Assembly (NCBI RefSeq): GCF_006345805.1
Contig: NC_043000.1
Span: 21,018,001 to 21,082,000, forward strand
Length of the DNA stretch: 64,000 bases
From: Octopus sinensis
Taxonomy: Eukaryota
Reading direction: 5' to 3'
The translations under genes and the position numbers were made by a program. This document shows, piece by piece, positions 60,793-64,000 of the stretch. The stretch's first letter is position 1. Each line of letters opens with the position of its first letter. The notes under the pieces are model-generated. The model saw only the letters and a list, made by a program, of their open reading frames with translations, was not told where the DNA came from and did not search any database.

Positions 60793-61095
60793 TGGAGGTG
60801 CAATGTTCCAGTGGTTAGGTCAGCGGACACGCGGCTGTACGATCGCGATTTCGATTCCCAGACTGGGCGTTGTGAGTGTTTATTGAGCGAAAACACCTAA
60901 AGCTCCACCAGGCTCCGGCAAGGGGTCGGGTGGCGATCCCTGCTGTACTTTTTCGCCACAACTTTCTCTCACTCTTTCTTCTGTTGGCCTCCTCGCTTAA
61001 CCAGCGTGATGACGTCATTTGAAGGCTAAGACAATACGAAGCGCATTGTGACCAGCGATATGTAGCAACATCTGATAGCCTGGTCGGTCACGATG
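60793..61095 (+). mobile_element. SINE family C with a fourth tail type
   Basis: Same head and body; tail ends GGTCGGTCACGATGAT. Confidence 0.75.
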
Positions 61096-61160
61096 ATATA
61101 TAAGCATCTATGTAAGCATCTACAAGTAAGATTTGTTACGTATATATTTATATAATTCCA

Positions 61161-61214
<54 letters not shown>

Positions 61215-61406
61215 TTTGCTTTGATCAATGCTTTGGATATGTTAAATGTTATCAATTAATTGATGGGCAACGCCTTGTAGTACATGAATAAAGTTTTCAG
61301 GGTTATTGATTGCTTAAACAGTTAATGTTAAATGCAGTGGTCGAAGTCGCCGTTCACAGAAACTGTTATTGATTCTGTTGCTATTGATATCACTTGAGAT
61401 AACTTA

Positions 61407-61763
61407 TTCTACACTGAAATCTATGAGTTATTAACAGTAGTATTTTTAAAAAAATTGATTAATCTGAAATCTATCAATCAGCGGGTAACGGTTTCAATCC
61501 CACAACTGGGAACCTTGAGCAAATGTCTTCTACTTCAACTCTCAGGACGAACTATAGTTTGTGAGTGAATTTGGTTCATGGAAACATTCCATGAACCAAA
61601 TTCAATCACAAACTATAGTTCGTCCTGAGAGTTGAAGTAGAAGACATTTGCTCAAGGTTCCCAGTTGTGGGATTGAAACCGTTACCCCCTGATTGATAGA
61701 TTTCAGATTAATCAATTTTTTAAAAAATACTACTGTTAATAACCCATAGATTTCAGTGTAGAA
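61407..61763. repeat. Near-perfect palindrome, 177-bp arms with a 3-nt spacer
   Basis: Centre at 61585; about 4 mismatches by eye. Confidence 0.92.
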
Positions 61764-62015
61764 ATATATATATATTATATATATATATATTTCTTTATTA
61801 CCCACAAGGGGCTAAACATAGAGAGGACAAACAAGGACAAAGGGATTAAGTCGATTATATCGACCCCAGTGCGAAACTGGTACTTTATTTATCGACCCCG
61901 AAAGAATGAAAGGCAAAGTCGACCTCGGCGGAATTTGATCTCAGAACGTAACGGCAGACGAAATACCGCTAAGCATTTCGCCCGTCGCGCTAACGTTTCT
62001 GCCAGCGCGCCGCTC

Positions 62016-62057
<42 letters not shown>

Positions 62058-63254
62058 CGTGCGTGTGTTGTGTGTGTGTGTGTGTGTGCATGTGCTTGTG
62101 TGTGCGCGTGCGTGTGTCTTTACGTTGGTGTTTGTTCCCCTCCTCACCACCTGACAACCGTTGTTGGTTTGCTTACGTCCCCGTAACTTATCGGTACGAC
62201 AAAAAAGTACCTCCGGTAGAATAAATCCCAGACTTAAAAATATGCACTGGGATCCATTTGTTCGACTAAAACCATTCAAAGCGATGGCCCAGCATGGCTA
62301 CAGTCCAATGACTGGAGCAATTTTAAAAGATAACATATTAAAGGCGCAATTATTTTGTAAATAAACAATCCTTGATATTAATTAGAATAAGGCGATAAAT
62401 AAGCTGAGGTTTTAGAGCGTCGGATTGCTCCGACCCACTCTGTGCTCTAAGTTCAAATTCCACCGAAGTCAATTTAGCATTCATTCTTTCGGGGTCAACT
62501 GATGTTGATTATTTTCTTTCTAATCGAGAAGGCCTATAGTCAAAACCATTCCCGCAGTAACCGACACGCCATTTTCAGCAATGTCTAGACTTACGTTGTC
62601 TAATGCGTTCTTTAATTACTCAACCCAAAAGTTATTTTGTTGTCAGGATGTTTTTACCTGATTTGAAGGGTTTTTTTGATATACTGAATGAAAAATGGAA
62701 TCCATCTCTTATCACATCTAGAATGCAAGCTACCCAAACCACACATTTTTCTGAAAAAAATGCTTTGTTTTACCTATGAAAGTGTGTACGAAATTAAATT
62801 ATGCATGTGGTACAACTGAGCTAAGGAAAAATAGTGCCTGATCAAAGAATGGCCACAGAAAACATTAGTTCCAAGGCCTTTTAATGTGGTTGAAAAATCT
62901 TTCATTCAACTGGAGAAAATCATCCAACCTCCACTCTATATCGAACTTGGTACGGCGGCGAGCTGGCAGAAACGTTAGCACGCCGGGCGAAATGCTTAGC
63001 GGTATGTTGTCTGTCGTTACGTTCTGAGTTCAAATTCCGCCGAGGTCGACTTTGCCTTTCATCCTTTCGGGGTCGATAAATTAAGTACCAGTTACGCACT
63101 GGGGTCGATGTAATCGACTTAATCCTTTGTCTGTCCTTGTTTATCCCCTTATATGTTTAGTCCCTTGTGGGCAGTAAAGAAATATATATCAAAATTGGTA
63201 TCACGAAACAGTTAAATCTCTGGATAAAGACAGAACACGCTTTTACTATATCTG

Positions 63255-63990
63255 CAGCACTTTTCCCGGTTTGAGCAGTGACAAGATAAATGCCGGATTA
63301 TTTGATAGGCCTCAAATCAGAAAATTGATGACAGATAGGAACTTTGTAATTTCAATGAATTTCATTGAAACAGTAGCATGGAATTCATTTGTAATAGTTG
63401 TAAATGACTTTCTGGTCAACAAGAAAACAGCCAACAATAGCGAAACAGTTGACAAAATGCTGGAGAACTTTCAAAAGTTGGGAGAAAATTTGATCATAAA
63501 GGTGCAGTCACGTTGATAAATTCCCTGAAAACATCGATGTCATAAGTGACGAGCATGAAGAACGTTTCCAACCGCGACATCAAATCAATGGAACAAAGAT
63601 ACAAAGGCAGATGGGACTTGCATATGATAGTGGACTATTGTTGGAACTTGGCTCGTGATATTCCTGAGGTTCAGTTCGCAAGAAAATCATTCAAACACAA
63701 ATTCATGGAAAATTAGGTATAAACAATGATATAATTTGTCTGTAAAAATTTTAAAATTTCTACCAGATTTTCCGTAGAACTTCAAGAAAGCATTTTGGTT
63801 TTCAAAAAAGGAAAAACAATTTCTAATGTTTGTATGTTATGCCTTGTTCATCATAAGCTTCTTTATTGAAGAAAAACAACGGTCTATGGTTCCAGTATCT
63901 TAATATCTTGACATGATGGTAATAAATGGATGTAATTTTCGGATTCCGTGTCAAAAACCCCTAGCTCAGACCTAAATGTTTTGACAACAG
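63255..63990 (+). mobile_element. Degenerate DNA transposon 3' part, probably Chapaev-like (CMC)
   Basis: AGLFDRPQIRKLM, FPENIDVISDEHEERF, RYKGRWD..MIVDYCWNL remnants; family assignment from memory. Confidence 0.6.
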
Positions 63991-64000
63991 AATAAAAACA

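Overview
AT-rich, microsatellite-dense eukaryotic DNA whose repeat content strongly resembles an octopus (coleoid cephalopod) genome; the species is inferred, not established. The left 46 kb holds a minus-strand gene that I assembled by hand from 17 GT-AG exons with mutually consistent phases (about 878 codons). It starts MYKNEYQ-GGSFFEIFSSQGK and matches the CFA20-domain ciliary protein CFAP20DC (C3orf67). Its non-coding first exon and terminal coding exon are not found in the window. Introns and the 5' flank contain RTE LINEs with a PHD finger inside ORF2 and modular 3' UTRs, CR1-like and L1/Tx1-like LINEs, four tRNA-headed SINE families, piggyBac, mariner, pogo-like, Helitron-like and Chapaev-like relics, and one 100-N gap. 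The most striking unexplained structure is a set of eight type I hammerhead-ribozyme-like motifs from five sequence families, lying in (TA)n-embedded Penelope-like mini-elements. One lies sense in a CFAP20DC intron and two families are carried in a 1.5-kb tandem duplication. All calls were made by eye without databases, and repeat boundaries are approximate.
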